DNA from: Rhynchobatus australiae
Lineage: Eukaryota
Assembly (NCBI GenBank): GCA_034780895.1
Contig: JAUZTB010000001.1
Span: 106,177,204 to 106,241,203, forward strand
Direction: 5' to 3'
DNA: 64,000 bases
The notes under the pieces are model-generated. The model was not told the DNA's origin and searched no databases. It saw only the letters and a list, made by a program, of their open reading frames with translations. Of this stretch, positions 37,810 to 51,729 are shown piece after piece (position 1 is the first letter of the stretch; each line of letters opens with the position of its first letter). The position numbers and the translations under genes were made by a program.

Positions 37810-38090
37810 AGATAAGATATCTTTATTAATCACATGTACATCGAAACACACAGTGAAATGCATCTTCTTTTGCATTGAGTGTTCTGGGGGCAGCCCGCAA
37901 GTGTCACCATGCTTCTGGCACCAACATATTTGAGACATGCCCACAACTTCCTAACCTGTACGTCTTTGGAATGTGGGAGGAAACCAGAGCACCCGGAGAA
38001 CATACGAACTCCTTACAGACAGTGGCCGGAATTGAACCTGGGTCACTGGTGCTGTAATAACGTTAAACTAACCGCTATACTACCATGCCT
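37810..38090 (-). mobile_element. V-SINE, full length
   Basis: Same family as 11060-11354. Confidence 0.9.
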
Positions 38091-39004
38091 GCCAATAAAT
38101 AAAATGTTTGTCTTTCCCCATTAATCCCCAAAGCCCATGTTTACTCCTGCTCAACTCGTAATGCCCACACTTCCTTCCTATTCCTGTCTTCCTTTTCTCT
38201 ACATCCTGAGGCTTCCAATTCCTGCCTGTGCAAGTATATGCAAATAATCATGGCATCATGCATGGTGTGCTCAATTGCACACGTGTCTCAAATAAACCAA
38301 ACAGTCTTTCTAAAACTCTGCATGTTTCCTGTATGTTCGATTGCACACTCGGCATGTTCCTCTACCAGTGTCTGGGAATCCACAGGGACAATGAGGATGG
38401 GAGGATAAAGAACCCAGACTCTCTGAAGTAAGAATGAGCAACAATATACTCATGGTTATGAGATGAGTCTGGAAATTCATGATTAGATGTAGTCATTTCA
38501 AGGAGTTCAGCTGTGCCCTTAACAAAAAGCACGCTGCATCTGAATGCATTTTGATGAGATACTGAACATTTGCTACCACCACAGTTGTTGACTACACAAG
38601 TAAATCTAATCTATTAGGAAAAGCTTGACTCAGGGAATTAAAGTTGATTGAAAAGATGTATCTAGTGTGAGTGCTTTTCAAGTATATCTGAATAAGTTTC
38701 TGGAGGGAACAATTTGTAAATATGTTCAAGTGTATGTTTACCAGCACCAAGGGCACAAAACTCGTTAAGGCATGAAGCCAAACACCAAGCCAATTTTCTG
38801 TAGGCCTAGACCAGTAACATGCAGATTCTCGAGGAGGTGAAGAGCTAAACAAGCTTGAACTGTGCACTCTTTTGGTCAAAGCTGCAGAATTCGGCTCTGC
38901 TCTTTAGAGCCCAAAGCAGATAAAACTACCCAGCTTTGCAGTGACTAAGATAGATCCGACTGCAGGAGCTGTGTGCTGAATAGGCAGAGCAGGTCTTTGG
39001 CAAT

Positions 39005-39228
39005 GGAGACACAAGAGACTGCAGGTGCTGGAATATGGAGCAACAAACAATCTGCCGGAGGAACTCAGTGGGTCGAGCAGTGTCCGTGGGAGGAAAGAAT
39101 TGCTGACATTTCGGATTGAAACCCTGCATTAGGCCTGATGCAGGGGTTGGATCCGAAACATCAACATTTCCTTTCCCGCACAGATGCTGCTTGACCCACT
39201 GAGTTCCTCTGGCAGATTGTGTGTTGCT
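39005..39228 (-). mobile_element. Palindromic Penelope-derived mini-element with 15-bp target duplication
   Basis: Arms mirror around aggcct (39131-39136). Flanks are gcaggtctttggcaa (38989-39003) and gcaggtctttgacaa (39229-39243). Confidence 0.85.
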
Positions 39229-42200
39229 GCAGGTCTTTGACAACTGGCACACATGCACGATTAAATGTGAATAAAGAAAGTCAATATCATCTAACGATTG
39301 GAACCCTAATGAGATTTATTCATAAGCCTAGCTGCTTCATGGTGTGAAATTATTGCCCAAAGTGTTCAATGCCACTTTGGATGAGATTTTTAAAGAATCC
39401 AATATTGACTATGTAACAAAGGGGAGATTGATATCAATTGCCAAAGAGGAAGAAAATCCCTGAATACTGAAGAGGTATTCAAGAGGCTTCATGCACCTAA
39501 TGTGGTAAACTCCATAACTGGAGGATAAATTTCCTGGCTAGATTTTCCCCCCAAGACCTTTCCAGCCCAATGATATCCTTGTCCACAGAGTCTGAGAAAG
39601 CATTTTAAATAAGAATAGCTCAGTAATCAGTACATCCACGCACAGTGAATGCCTGCAATTCCACAATAAATGGTGCCCAATTATCTCCCACAGAGAGAAA
39701 GAAGGTAATAATTAAAAGTGGATTACCTCTATTTGCAAGTTCTCGTTCTCAGAAAACTGTTGGTATGTACTCAGATAGATTTGCTTTGAAATCAAATTAA
39801 TTGATTGTGAGTGCTTTGAAAATTTAAATCAACAACAATCTGTCGAAGCAGTTATTACTCTGCCATCACACTCTCACAGTGCTTTCAGGAGACATAGAGT
39901 GACGCATGTCGGTCAGTCCTACCAGCAGGAACATTCAGACAATGTTTTCGTCCCAGTACTGTCATTCCCCTAAAGCTATCTGTAAGAGGGTGGTGTACAC
40001 ATGAACTTTTCAGACCAACAGTGGTTCAGGGTAAAAGTAACTATTATTGAGGAGTCAGTCCATATTACAAAGTGAGTTGCAAATAAATATATTAAAAAAA
40101 TAACTTTGTTCATACAGCATTTAAAATGTGCATTCTTTCAATCAGCCGAATCACAATTACTTATTTGCTTTGACGTTATTTTCAGAGTCCTAAATGCCAC
40201 ATTTATTTCAGTTAAAAGCAACTGCTCTTCCACCTATTCTATGAACAAAGTAAAGAAAGAATATGATGCATGTTTTAAAGCTATATTTAACAACCACTTA
40301 ATGCACAAAATTACCATCAGCTGAAATTGTGTGACCTAATTATGTAGTTAAGTTGTTTAAATATTTGATTCACTTAGTTTGTTTAATTGGTGGACCTGCT
40401 TAATTTAGTGTTTTAGTGTTTTGGGGTGGTTGAAATAGTTGGCCTGTCTTTTCTGCATCTTGATGATTGTGATGAGGTTAGTGGTCCTGTGCTCAGGTAG
40501 TAAGAGGTTTATTCAGGCAGTTCCAGATACGAAGGAGGGCAGATCACATAAGAAATATTCTTATAATGTTATTATATTGTACTCCATTTTGTATAAAGGG
40601 TAAAAGGCATAAACTTGCCCTCTACTAGGAATGCTGTACCAGATTAACCTGACAAAGACCCATATTCCAATACTTGTGTTTCATTTGTACCTTTTATTAC
40701 CTGTTCACTGATACATGTTGGTGGGCACTTCAAGATGGATCTATCATTTTCCTACACCTCTTCAAGAATTTAATAAGAATTATTTTGGGCATATTTTATA
40801 ATTTTCAGTTTGGATTGTTTATAAAAACTCCTGGAAGAGAGCTAAGGATGGCTTTTGAAAGCATGTGGTATCATGGTTTGGGGATGCAGAGAAGTTGGTT
40901 TAAAGCTCATTCTTGTGTTAGAAATCTGAAAGTCAGACACTATGGTCTAATGGGTTTGACAAATTTGTTATTTTAGAACTAGATTATTTTTTTCCCATTA
41001 CTGAAATCAAAAGTTGTTTAATCATGACATCTTTAATGGCATAGCAAAGCAAGTAGAGAGGAAGAGATTGATCAAACTAACATTTATAATTAGTCACACC
41101 ATTAGTCTTTCATTCACATGTTTACGTCCCATCATATCAACACTACCAGTGAAAAATCAAACAAGGAAATTGTCAAACAATTCCTCTAAGATGAAATAAA
41201 TTGTACTTTATTTAAATAAATATGACAGGACAGAGATTAATTTCACAAAATATTGACTGGGGTTTAAAATAAGACATTCACTTTAGTGCTGACGGTTTGT
41301 TAAATGAGCTTTGAGCAACATTCTCGAAACAAAAGTGGATACTGTTGAAACAGCAGTATTTGGGTCCCTTGTTTTGACATTACCTACATATTTGAAAACA
41401 TCTTGATGTGGGAGCAAAAGTTTTCGCGTTACTGTTCATGGACAATCACTACAACAAATAGTTAAAAGGCAGTGAATGTTTTTATTCTANNNNNNNNNNN
41501 NNNNNAGTACATCAGTATCATCAGCAATGTTATGGTTTCAGTGAACTTTCAAAGCTTTAAATTAAAGGGTTCAGTGCTACTCTTTTTAGAAGTGCTGGGA
41601 ATAATCAAAAGACTTTTCCATATGATCCTGCTTGTTGACCATTGCTCCACAATGCTCAGATAGTTCTTTAATCTTGGGTGACTCACACAAAGAGGAATAA
41701 TTCATAAAAATGATTATTCTTTATATTTCCTTCTGCTGTGTTGTGGAGTTAAAACTCCGTGGAGAGCTTTTACATTCAGGTGTTGTGCAGAGGAGAGCAG
41801 TCTCCTGTCCTCTTCCCCACAGACCATTTTCTGCAACAAAGGGATTTTCCCAGGAGTGCTTTTAAATGCATATTGCATTGTGTTTATTGTGTTGACAGAT
41901 CTACTACTTATTCTCATGATGCTCATTGATCACCCTTCACTGTGTTGCTGATCCACTTAATTGATGAAAAGAAGTCCAATCATGAATGGTGTTAGCTGAT
42001 CTCCAAGTGATTGCCTGAAGTTGTCCTCTTACTATAACAGGGAAGTAGTCCTCTTGGTAACAATTAGGTCTATTAGTCTCTGGCTGAAAAAATGTATTTT
42101 GTATTTGAATTCAGCAGCTTTAAACCTATGCTTTCTGCCCCAGTCTCAGCAAATTAAAGTTATTGAGATGGGAAATGTGCTTGGTCATCTCCCCTGTCTC

Positions 42201-42439
42201 ACTCCCCTTGTTATCCTCCACTCTCCTAGAAGCTGAGCATGACAACCAGAATGTGCATGTGACAGGAGAGACACCTGCTACTGAAGTTAAAACAAAGGGA
42301 ATTTGATTTGCTTGTGGTTGAAGTGTGGATGCAAGGGTCACTTGACACAAAGCAAGAGAATCAGGAAGGGAGAGGAGAAGTGAATGCGAGATCTGAGCAG
42401 TGCCATGTGCAGTGAGTGGAGAAAGGGAGACAGGGTGTT

Positions 42440-42760
42440 ATATAGTCATACACCATGGAAACAAACTATTCTGCCTGCTGTTTCCTTGCCAACCATTAGG
42501 CATCAACTTGCACTAATACAACACTAATTCCATTTTATTCTCCCCACATTCCCCTTTCCTCCGCCCAAGTGCTACCACACATCTGTGCACTGGGGGCACT
42601 TTACAGTGATCAATTAGCAGCTCGATGTGGAAGGAAACCAGAGCACCCATATGAAACACACATGGTCACAAGGAAAAATGCAAATTCCACATAGGCAACA
42701 CTGGAGTCAGACTTGAATCTGGTCCCTGGAACTGTGAGCCAGCATCTACCAGATGTGCCA
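42440..42760 (-). mobile_element. V-SINE with CR1-type tail, decayed
   Basis: ggaaaccagagcaccc..gtcacaagga..tgcaaattccaca..ggagtcagacttgaatc. Confidence 0.7.
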
Positions 42761-43859
42761 TAAAAGCACAGACTCCTGGAGAGCAAGAATAAAGGTAAAT
42801 GATGGCTACCACCCTTGCAGGTAAATTAGGATAAAACCATGGAAAGATCTGCAAATGCGGAGAGAGCAATGAAATTAATATGCAACAGGAAATTAATATG
42901 AAAACAGAAAAAGTAGCCATGTGCATCTTTGCACAAGAGAACTCTGCCCTTGGAATATTTAGTAATAGCTGCAGAGAGTAAACACTAATGATATGTGAAA
43001 TGATTCAGCTACTTTCGGCAATTATGAACCATGCAGATCAATCACCATGGGTGCTATACACTTCAGATGGCAAACCATCATCAATGGAGGGAGCTAGTGC
43101 ATAATGGAAGTTAAGGATGAGATACATCTGAGTTTTGGAGGGGCTGCAGTTACCATAGGTGAGGGCAACTATGGAGAAGATTAACGTTAGGGTAGGTGCT
43201 GGGCTCGAGAAGATGCCACTTGTGAATAAGTTTAGTTGAGTTTCTTATAGTACTGCAGTGAGGATTAATTTCCTCCTTTCTCAATTTTAATGGAATTATA
43301 AATATAGAACACATTTTGCTGTTATGGATGCACTCTGCCTGAACTATCAAAATCACCCTTGCTTGTTTAATTAAAACTAATGTCTTATTGAATGCTAATG
43401 GCTCTTTCCTGGTGTAATCAAGTACTGGATTGTTACGATTTTTAATTGATGACTTCCTACTTTAATAAATCTTGTTGTGTCAAACTAAAACATGAAGGAG
43501 TAAAATTAAATTAAGATTTCTTTCAAATATTGCCACAGTATACTCTGAAGCAATATACTCTAGATACAGAGAAAGCAGCAGACAGGCATTGAAGTGTTCA
43601 TTGTTACTCTCCAGCCGTGATGTTATCTATTTGACCATTTGGCTTCTAGTTTATTAAAAATTATTTTACATCAATCACCCATAAAGGAATAATCTCTACT
43701 TAGATGGGTGTGGCAGTAATTGTGGATATCAATGCTGATTTGAACATTTGTGCTGATTAAAACCACACCTATGCTCTCTTAAGATGTACTGATGCCAATG
43801 TTTATGGTGTACAACTGTTTTAGCCATTAATTGCAAGGCCTGGTTCGACCAGCTCAAGC

Positions 43860-45440
43860 TCCAATCTCATTAGCTGAAACTATTCACTACCCCATGGCAA
43901 AGACGAATTCCCTCTTTGTTCCTCTTTCAATAATCTCCTCAAGCTCTTCCTTTCTGCTTTCCACATGTGTGAGGAGCTCAAGGACTTCTGTATGACTAAG
44001 GTTGAATCAACTGTTCTATTTACACCGCCACATCCTTCCATCTCTACTTGCTCACCAAGATGAAACCCCCCCAAGGTTTCTCCCCGTAATAGTTCTTCAC
44101 TGGTATCTGCCTCCAGTTTCTCTACTCTTTGCCTATCTGAAGCCATCTCTTCTGTGTCCCACTTCCTGCGCCCTTGATCTGATTTCCATCAGCTGCTTTC
44201 AACCCAAATTCCCTTCCTGGTCCACGTGATGGCTAATATTTTAAACAATTCTCTCTGCTCAAGAACTACCCTTTAAATCTGTCAAAAAAAGTGTACCTTT
44301 GACCCTCTGTTGCAAACAATCTCAAGTCTTCAACCTCCCTTTTTACATGTCGTTGAATCCCAAATCTGTGTCTTTCTTTTCCATAATTTCACAATCAAAC
44401 TTCTTGAAATGAACTTGTCCTCAACAGCATTGATGGAAGCATTAGATAACAAAGTGCTGTGAATAGGTTCTGCAAATGGGCAAAATTGTGGCAAAAATAT
44501 TCTAATGAGGGCAAATGTGAAATCATTCACGCCAAAGCTGGAATAAGTTGCGTTACTGATGGTGAAAAGCTTGAAACATTGACTTGTCTGCAGTTACATG
44601 AAATATAATGGATCAGCACACAAATGATCACAAAGGCTGATGGAATTCTGATCTTAATATTTAGAAAACTGGAATTGAAGAGAACAGAAGTTAAGATGCA
44701 ATATACAGAGTCTGGGTTAAACTCGCTAGAATACAGTGAGTAGCTCCAAGCACCACTGATTAGGAANNNNNNNNNNNNNNNNNNNNNNNNNNNNNNNNNN
44801 NNNNNNNNNNNNNNNNNNNNNNNNNNNNNNNNNNNNNNNNNNNNNNNNNNNNNNNNNNNNNNNNNNNNNNNNNNNNNNNNNNNNNNNNNNNNNNNNNNNN
44901 NNNNNNNNNNNNNNNNNNNNNNNNNNNNNNNNNNNNNNNNNNNNNNNNNNNNNNNNNNNNNNNNNNNNNNNNNNNNNNNNNNNNNNNNNNNNNNNNNNNN
45001 NNNNNNNNNNNNNNNNNNNNNNNNNNNNNNNNNNNNNNNNNNNNNNNNNNNNNNNNNNNNNNNNNNNNNNNNNNNNNNNNNNNNNNNNNNNNNNNNNNNN
45101 NNNNNNNNNNNNNNNNNNNNNNNNNNNNNNNNNNNNNNNNNNNNNNNNNNNNNNNNNNNNNNNNNNNNNNNNNNNNNNNNNNNNNNNNNNNNNNNNNNNN
45201 NNNNNNNNNNNNNNNNNNNNNNNNNNNNNNNNNNNNNNNNNNNNNNNNNNNNNNAGTTTGCAGCCATTGGTTTATCACAGTATCGTTCTCCTAAACATTA
45301 CAACCATTGTCCAAACCCAGTTGCCATTGGTCCCCAGGACAAACTGTCTCCATCCTTCTGCTGATTCCATGGTCCTCCCTTGCCATTTTCTGAGACTGAA
45401 CTACTTGGACCCTGCGCTGTTCACAGCCATATTTCCTCTT
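43860..45440 (+). mobile_element. Decayed L2 ORF2 fragments (43860-44370, 45255-45440) around a CR1 fragment (44540-44766) and a gap
   Basis: cctttgaccctctgttgcaaacaat..tcaacctcccttttt resembles L2 LDP....NYRPISNLPF. aaactcgctagaatacagtg resembles CR1 LEYC. Confidence 0.45.
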
Positions 45441-45479
45441 AATTACAAAGGCAGACAACTTTTCATCTTTGTTATTAAG

Positions 45480-46320
45480 AACACTGGAAAAACCCAGTGG
45501 GTCAAGCAGTATCTGTGGAGGCAAAAGGTATAAGTCGAAAGTTTGGGTGTGGAGACACCCTGCATCAACACTGAGAGGGAATGTTGCCAGTATATTAGCA
45601 GTACAAGGGGGGAGGGGAGGATAGAGGTTGGTAGGTGATTGGTAGAACCAGATGGGGAGTGCATGATGGGCAGATGGAACCAGGTGGGAGGGAGGTTGGG
45701 AGAGGCGAACAAAGGGAGAAGAAAACTAGGTGGATGGGTGACTGTGTGTGAGAGGACAACACTGGGGGTGTGGGTCTTCATCTCTGCTATGTTGTCCATC
45801 CCTGCCATCTCCTCAGACCAACTGCTGCCGAAGCCCTCACCATGTTTTTGTTAGCTTCAGACTTAACTGTTCCAATAGTCTCTCGGCCCTTTGTGAGATA
45901 CAAAACACTGCAGTTGCTGGAAATCCTAAATAAAAGGGAATGGTGAAAATACTCAGCAGATCAGGTAGCATCTGTGCAGAAAGAATTCAAGATAACATTT
46001 CCAACATTTCATCGGTTTTGGGAAAAGTTGGACACGTACTGGATTTAATTTGAGAAAGAGNNNNNNNNNNAATGAAAAAGATGGTCAATGAACGTGTGGA
46101 TGGTAAGGAATTTAAATTATAAAAGGGGACGATGGTGCATGATGAAGGAGGATGAAAAAGGACAGGAAACAAAGCAAAATGTTGGTCGGTGGTGTAAGTG
46201 AGGGAAGCAGAAATAAAAATGCTGCAGATCTTAATGAAACTGTTGACTTCAGCACTGAGTTCAGAAAGCAGAACTGTGCCGTATTAGAAGATGAGGCAAT
46301 CATCCTCAAACTTTCATTGC
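45480..46320 (-). mobile_element. Two Penelope-like termini (45480-45750, 45895-46320)
   Basis: ctggaaaaacccagtgggtcaagcagtatctgtggag..accctgcatca and aaaacactgcagttgctggaaatc..actcagcagatcaggtagcatctgtg. Confidence 0.7.
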
Positions 46321-46617
46321 CTCCACTTTAATGCAGATTTTTCAAGGATTAACAAAAACAATGATGTTAAATTCAGACATGCAGAAGAGATACTCTTGCA
46401 GATTGAATGTAGAAAGGGAAATGATGGACTGGGATATATGTTTTCATTTGCGACTTGACTACATAAACCTCAAGTATACTTCTTTTGTGTGAGTGTAAAT
46501 GCACAAGATTTTGCCCAGGAAGTGACTGGAGCAGCAGGAAGTGGCTCCAATCAGCACCTTCTTCATTACATTACAGGGAGATGGAGTTTTCCCTGGACAG
46601 GAGCACTCAATGTGCTT

Positions 46618-47680
46618 ATGGAGTCACACAGCATGGGAACAGGACCTTTGGCCCAACTTGTCCNNNNNNNNNNNNNNNNNNNNNNNNNNNNNNNCGTTTG
46701 CCTTCATTTGGCCCATATCAGTCTAAACCTTTCCTATCCATGAGCCTGTCTAAATGTCTTTTAAACATTGTATTTGCACGCCCCTCTACCACTTCTTCTG
46801 GCAGCTCGTTCCATATACCCACCACTCTATGTATGAAAAGATTGCCCCTCTGGTTCCCTTTAAATCTTTCTTCTCTCACCTTAAACCTATACCTTTTAGT
46901 TTCAGACTTCTGGACCCTGGGAAAAACACTGTGGCCATCCACCTTATCTATGCCCCTCATGATTTTATAAACCTCTTATAAGGTCACCCCTTGGACTCCT
47001 TTGCTCCAGGGAAAACAATCCCAGCCTATCCAGTCCCTCCTCAAGTCCTCCAGTCCTGGCAATACTATTACGAATCTTTTCTGGACCCTCCCTAGCTTAA
47101 TCACATCCTTCCTATAGAATGATGAGCAGAACTGTACACAATATTTCAGGTGTGGTCTCACCAATGTCTTACACAGCTAGAGCATGATGTCCCAACTCGT
47201 GTACTCAGTGTCCCATCTGATGAAGGTAAGCGAGCCATATGCCTTCTTTACCATGTTGCCTGAGTCATCACTTTGAGGGGACTATGTCCTTGTACCCCTA
47301 GTTCCCTCTGTTCAACAACATTCTCTAGGGCCCTGTCATTTACTATGCAAGTCCTGCCTCGGTTTGCCTTCCAAACTACATCACTTTGCATTTGTTTGAG
47401 TTAAATTCCATCCGCCATTCCTTTGATCACTTTCCCAGTTGATCTAGATCCTGTTGTAATGTTAGACATTCTTCTTCACTGTCCACCACTCCACCAGTTT
47501 TGGTGTTATATACAAACATAGTCAGGTCACCTACATACCCATCCATATCATTAATGTACATTACAAACAACAGGGGACCTGGCACTGATCCCTGCGGCAC
47601 ACCACTGGTCCAATCTGAGAAACAAACCTCCACTCTCTGACACCTTCCACCAAGCCAATTTTGTATCCAATTGGTTATAT
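46618..47680 (-). mobile_element. CR1 LINE, about 1 kb, 5'-truncated
   Basis: [46 protein letters not shown] and 3'UTR. Confidence 0.92.
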
Positions 47681-47860
47681 GATAGTGACAACATGTTGTA
47701 CTATGCTTCTGAGGATCTGTTTCATTGACCATGAAACTCAACTTTGGAAGTGGTCTATTATGTTTGCTACTACAAAACAGTGAACCATCTAGTCACACAT
47801 GTCTCCCCAATCCAATTACTCTGAAAGATCTCAATAACCCATGCAAAACACAAATCTGTT

Positions 47861-48845
47861 GGCCCAGATTTTGCTGCACTATCAAGAATCAGCCAGTCAA
47901 GGTACAACCTAGTGTCTTCAGGCAATAGCATCTGCAGGAATCTGGATGTTGTTAACTGAAATGCTCTGTTTCTTATAAGATAAGATATCTTTATTAGTCA
48001 CATGTGATTCGAAACGCACAGTGAAATACATCTTTTGCATAGAGTGTTCTGGGGGCAGCCCGCAAGTGTTGCCGTACTTACGGCTCCAACATAGCATGCC
48101 CACAACTTCCTAACTCGTATGTCTTTGAAATGTGGGAGGAAACCGGAGCACCCAGAGGAAACCCACGGGAAGAACATACATACTCCTTACAGACAGTGGC
48201 CAGAATTGAACCCAGGTTGCTGACGCTGTAATAGCATTACACTCACCGCTACACTACCGTGCCTGTCCTCACACTGTATTATTGTGATTTGCACTGATGA
48301 ATTCTGTACATAAACTTTATGGTGTCATTAATTTGGCTTAAATGCTCACTGGTTTTGCACAAAAGGATTCAAACTATGGAATGAGGGATAAATGAGCCTT
48401 AATGGGAAAATCAGTGACAGGTACTGCTGAATAACCTGCTGATCCTTGAAAAATGTTATTTGTGGAGTCCAATTCTCTAGAAGAAAATTAAGGTTGCAGA
48501 TTTTTGTACATTAAAAATAAAAATATACATGTTTTTGGTTTTCTATATGTTTCTTCTTTAATCCTATATATATGGCTCAAACTTTATTTTCCTATACACT
48601 AATCATCCTGTTTTTTTAACCTCTTGCTTTGTAGTCTTCTTCTCTCTGTATTTTTGAATCTGATTGGTTAAGGAGTCCCCTGCTGTACTTAGTCAGAGAT
48701 GTCACAGATCTCTGCAGAGGTGCCATGGAGAATTAACCGAAGAATTAGATCTCTCTGCTGACCAACTTGTGAAAAGCCTCTAGACACCTGTAGTAGTGTG
48801 AATGATGAAATCCATTTCTTCACTGTTCACAGCAAAATCTTGGCC
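47861..48845. mobile_element. Old non-autonomous DNA transposon or MITE-like element with 16-bp TIRs
   Basis: ggcccagattttgctg (47861-47876) against cagcaaaatcttggcc (48830-48845), 15/16 complementary. A similar terminus gggccagatcttgctg lies at 13684. No clean TSD. Confidence 0.5.
47975..48264 (-). mobile_element. V-SINE, full length
   Basis: Same family as 11060-11354. Confidence 0.92.
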
Positions 48846-50744
48846 ATTGTGGTAATAAGACTACTCAGACATCAGGAATAGTCTAATTACTGTATTTTTA
48901 ATCATAACCCATGAAACTAAATGCTCCCAGCATGATTTTCCATAAATTATTCAAACCCACTCCAACCAGTGATGAAATTCATTAAAAACATTGGAAGTGG
49001 CTGTTAGATCTCAGCTCTTGATTGAGACATGACTGATATAGGATCCAATTGTACATTGGGAACCCCTAACTAAATGTTGGGACCTTTTTGATTGCTTGAC
49101 TGAGTTCTACAAATTACATGAATTCCAGGAATACCTGTTCTTGTCAGGAAAATGAAAGCCACAGAAAAGAAGGAATGTATACTTTCAATATATCTTATAG
49201 TGTTGTAAATGCATTTGCTTTTCTGAAACAAAACAAAACTGAATTGCCAAAGACTTATTAAGTCCATTGAAGCTGACAGATGCAACTAGTTGAACTTCAA
49301 CTGTCAAGATACTGCTGTGTAACAGCTGGAAGTATTTAACCACAGATGATTTAGTTTGTTTTTGCTGAAGTTGATCTTTAAGTATTTGATTGTGTTTTCC
49401 TGGCTCTGTTTTAGAAATTACTTAAATGGCTTTTTCTTCGATTCTGTCGAAGCAATTTAGTATAATGTTACCAACGGTTTTCTGAGTTAAATGTACTGTC
49501 ATGTCAAGTTTGCCATTGTCCTTTCCTTGACACATCTGTACTCCTTCCCCTGTCACTGTCTAATTCATACCGTAATTGTGAGGCAATCTTTTTGTCAAAC
49601 AATATCCACTCATGTCCTTCCCTCTAGCGATTTCCAGATAAAATTCCTACAGTCCTTGACGGTGAAGAGTCTCGCCTAGCTTTTTAATCATTGGGGGATT
49701 TCAGCTGGTGGCAGTAGATACTTCAGATGACAGCAGACAATTACTGGAAATAAATGTTCACTGCACTTACAGCCTCGGAGTCTAAAGAGAAACTCCCGAC
49801 TTCCTGATGGGCTACATTCAGTTGAACAGCAGATTGTATTCTGATGAAGAGTATTACTGAACATACTTTTTCTCTGCTTACATAGTGCTGTACATATAAA
49901 TGAACCTACCTTTGCAACAAATAGAATGGGTTGCAATATTTAAAATAACCAGTTCATAATGTGGTTCTGACATGCTAAATGCTATCTTGCTCATTTAGAA
50001 AACTAATCTGCACTTACTGAATGTAACAATCTGAATGGTTTAATTTGCATCGGTAATTAGCTAAAACAATCAATGAGTTCTTTGAATGCAATTAAATAAA
50101 TTCACTGAGACACATTTGGATTTCTTGCCACTTAAGCATTTTGTTTGTTAGGACAACAGGACAAGGTAGATGATGATTTACTATGGTCCTTATGATGAAA
50201 CAGGGAAAAAAAGGTAGGGAACATTTCAGTATTATGAAGAAGGGAAATGGTTTAGCTGTTCCCAGGCAGAATCTTATTTTAAAAGAAAAGGCCCTATTCG
50301 GAATTGAATATACTTATAAGCTGGAACTATTGATACTGGCTCGAGATTCCTCTGGCATTTTATGCTAGGGAGGGGAGGAAGGGACATTCCTGGATGGTGG
50401 GGCAAGGGGGGGGGGGATCAACAGATGGTTGAAATGTTTTCATGGGTGCTGGTGATACATTCATTTCAAAAAAGCCATTTACTGAGAGGTACCTGCATTC
50501 CCTTGAAGGTGTGTGAGCTCTATCCTTTCAATGATCAAACTTGCACAGAGATTCTAAGTAGACACCATGACCTGAGAACATTAATGAGGTTCCAGGCTAC
50601 TCTTTCTAGGAGCTTTGGTTGCATATATTTCAGTTTGTTCGACAATTAAGTCAGGCATCAAGTGAGCAGAAGTCTTTTAAAAGTCCTGTTCCATCTAGTT
50701 TACACTGAAAAACAGGATGGCTGGCAAACAAAATCATCTTGACT

Positions 50745-50900
50745 AAATTAATTGGCCATTCATTTCATTGCAGGTTTGCAGGAATTTGCTGTGTGAAAAA
50801 CACGTTGATTTACAAATCAATAGTTCTCGGTACTTCAAAGAAGGGAGGCAGTTTGGGATGCACTGGAGAGATGTTATAAGGCATAATGGACTTTCAAATC
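50745..50900 (+). mobile_element. DeuSINE-like 3' fragment
   Basis: cattcatttcattgc..gtttgcaggaatttgctgtgtg..tacttcaaag..tttgggatg..ataaggc. Confidence 0.4.
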
Positions 50901-51729
50901 TTCCTTTATAATAGTGTACCTCTGCTTGTGGATATTTCTCCCACAGTCTGATTTCTGCATGTTTTAAATCAAAAGGCATGAATTCAATAGTTTACGTTGC
51001 TTAAAGCTGCAAGTGCAATTTATTGAATCTACACATTCTTTGCTGTTTCAAAAAACTATGTAAATGCTAAAATGCAGTGCCTTCTATAACATAATCAATA
51101 GTCACATAGAATCATGAATGCCACTGGTCTAATATCCTGACATTTCTCCCATTAGTTTATCTCTGAATAAAATATAAATGTTTATGCACTAAATTTGACA
51201 CAAAATTAAGTCATATGTCTTTAGTAATTGAGTTAATTAAGACTTCATAAAACATCTGTATTGACTAGCATGATATAAAGGAGGGTGCTTTAGAGTCATA
51301 TGGGCCTAGGTCCAAAAAAAGCAGCGTAAAATGATTACAATTTGTTTGGAGTACTATATGGCAATCAAGTTAATTCTTGATCTCCAACCATACCAAAAGT
51401 GGATCAGGAATTTGAGGGTGTTGGAAGCAAGGTACATTTACAAGCACTGAATGCCTTTTGATAGTCAGTAAAAAAGGAGAATTGCTTAGTCTGTAAGGGC
51501 AGGATTTACTATTTTTGGATCAAAGGTTTGCAGAGCCTCATTGATCATGGGCTCACTTTGAGCACCTGATTGTGTGGTCTTTAACTGTCATGAAGGTACT
51601 TCAAAGGTAGTCCTTCTACACTTTGCCACCTGGAGTGGTAGAAGTAACAAGACCATTTTATACGTTGTCCAATTTGCTTTTTCATATGGTTAGGGTGCTA
51701 GAGGGCTAGGTACTGGTCAACTTACCTGT

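Noticed and set aside
44527-45278. 246-aa and 172-aa ORFs
   Set aside because: They consist mostly of N-gap translation.
49771-49781. 11-nt minus-strand microexon (tctctttag|ACTCCGAGGCT|gtaagtg)
   Set aside because: It is not frame-preserving, the pyrimidine tract is short, and there is no supporting gene context.
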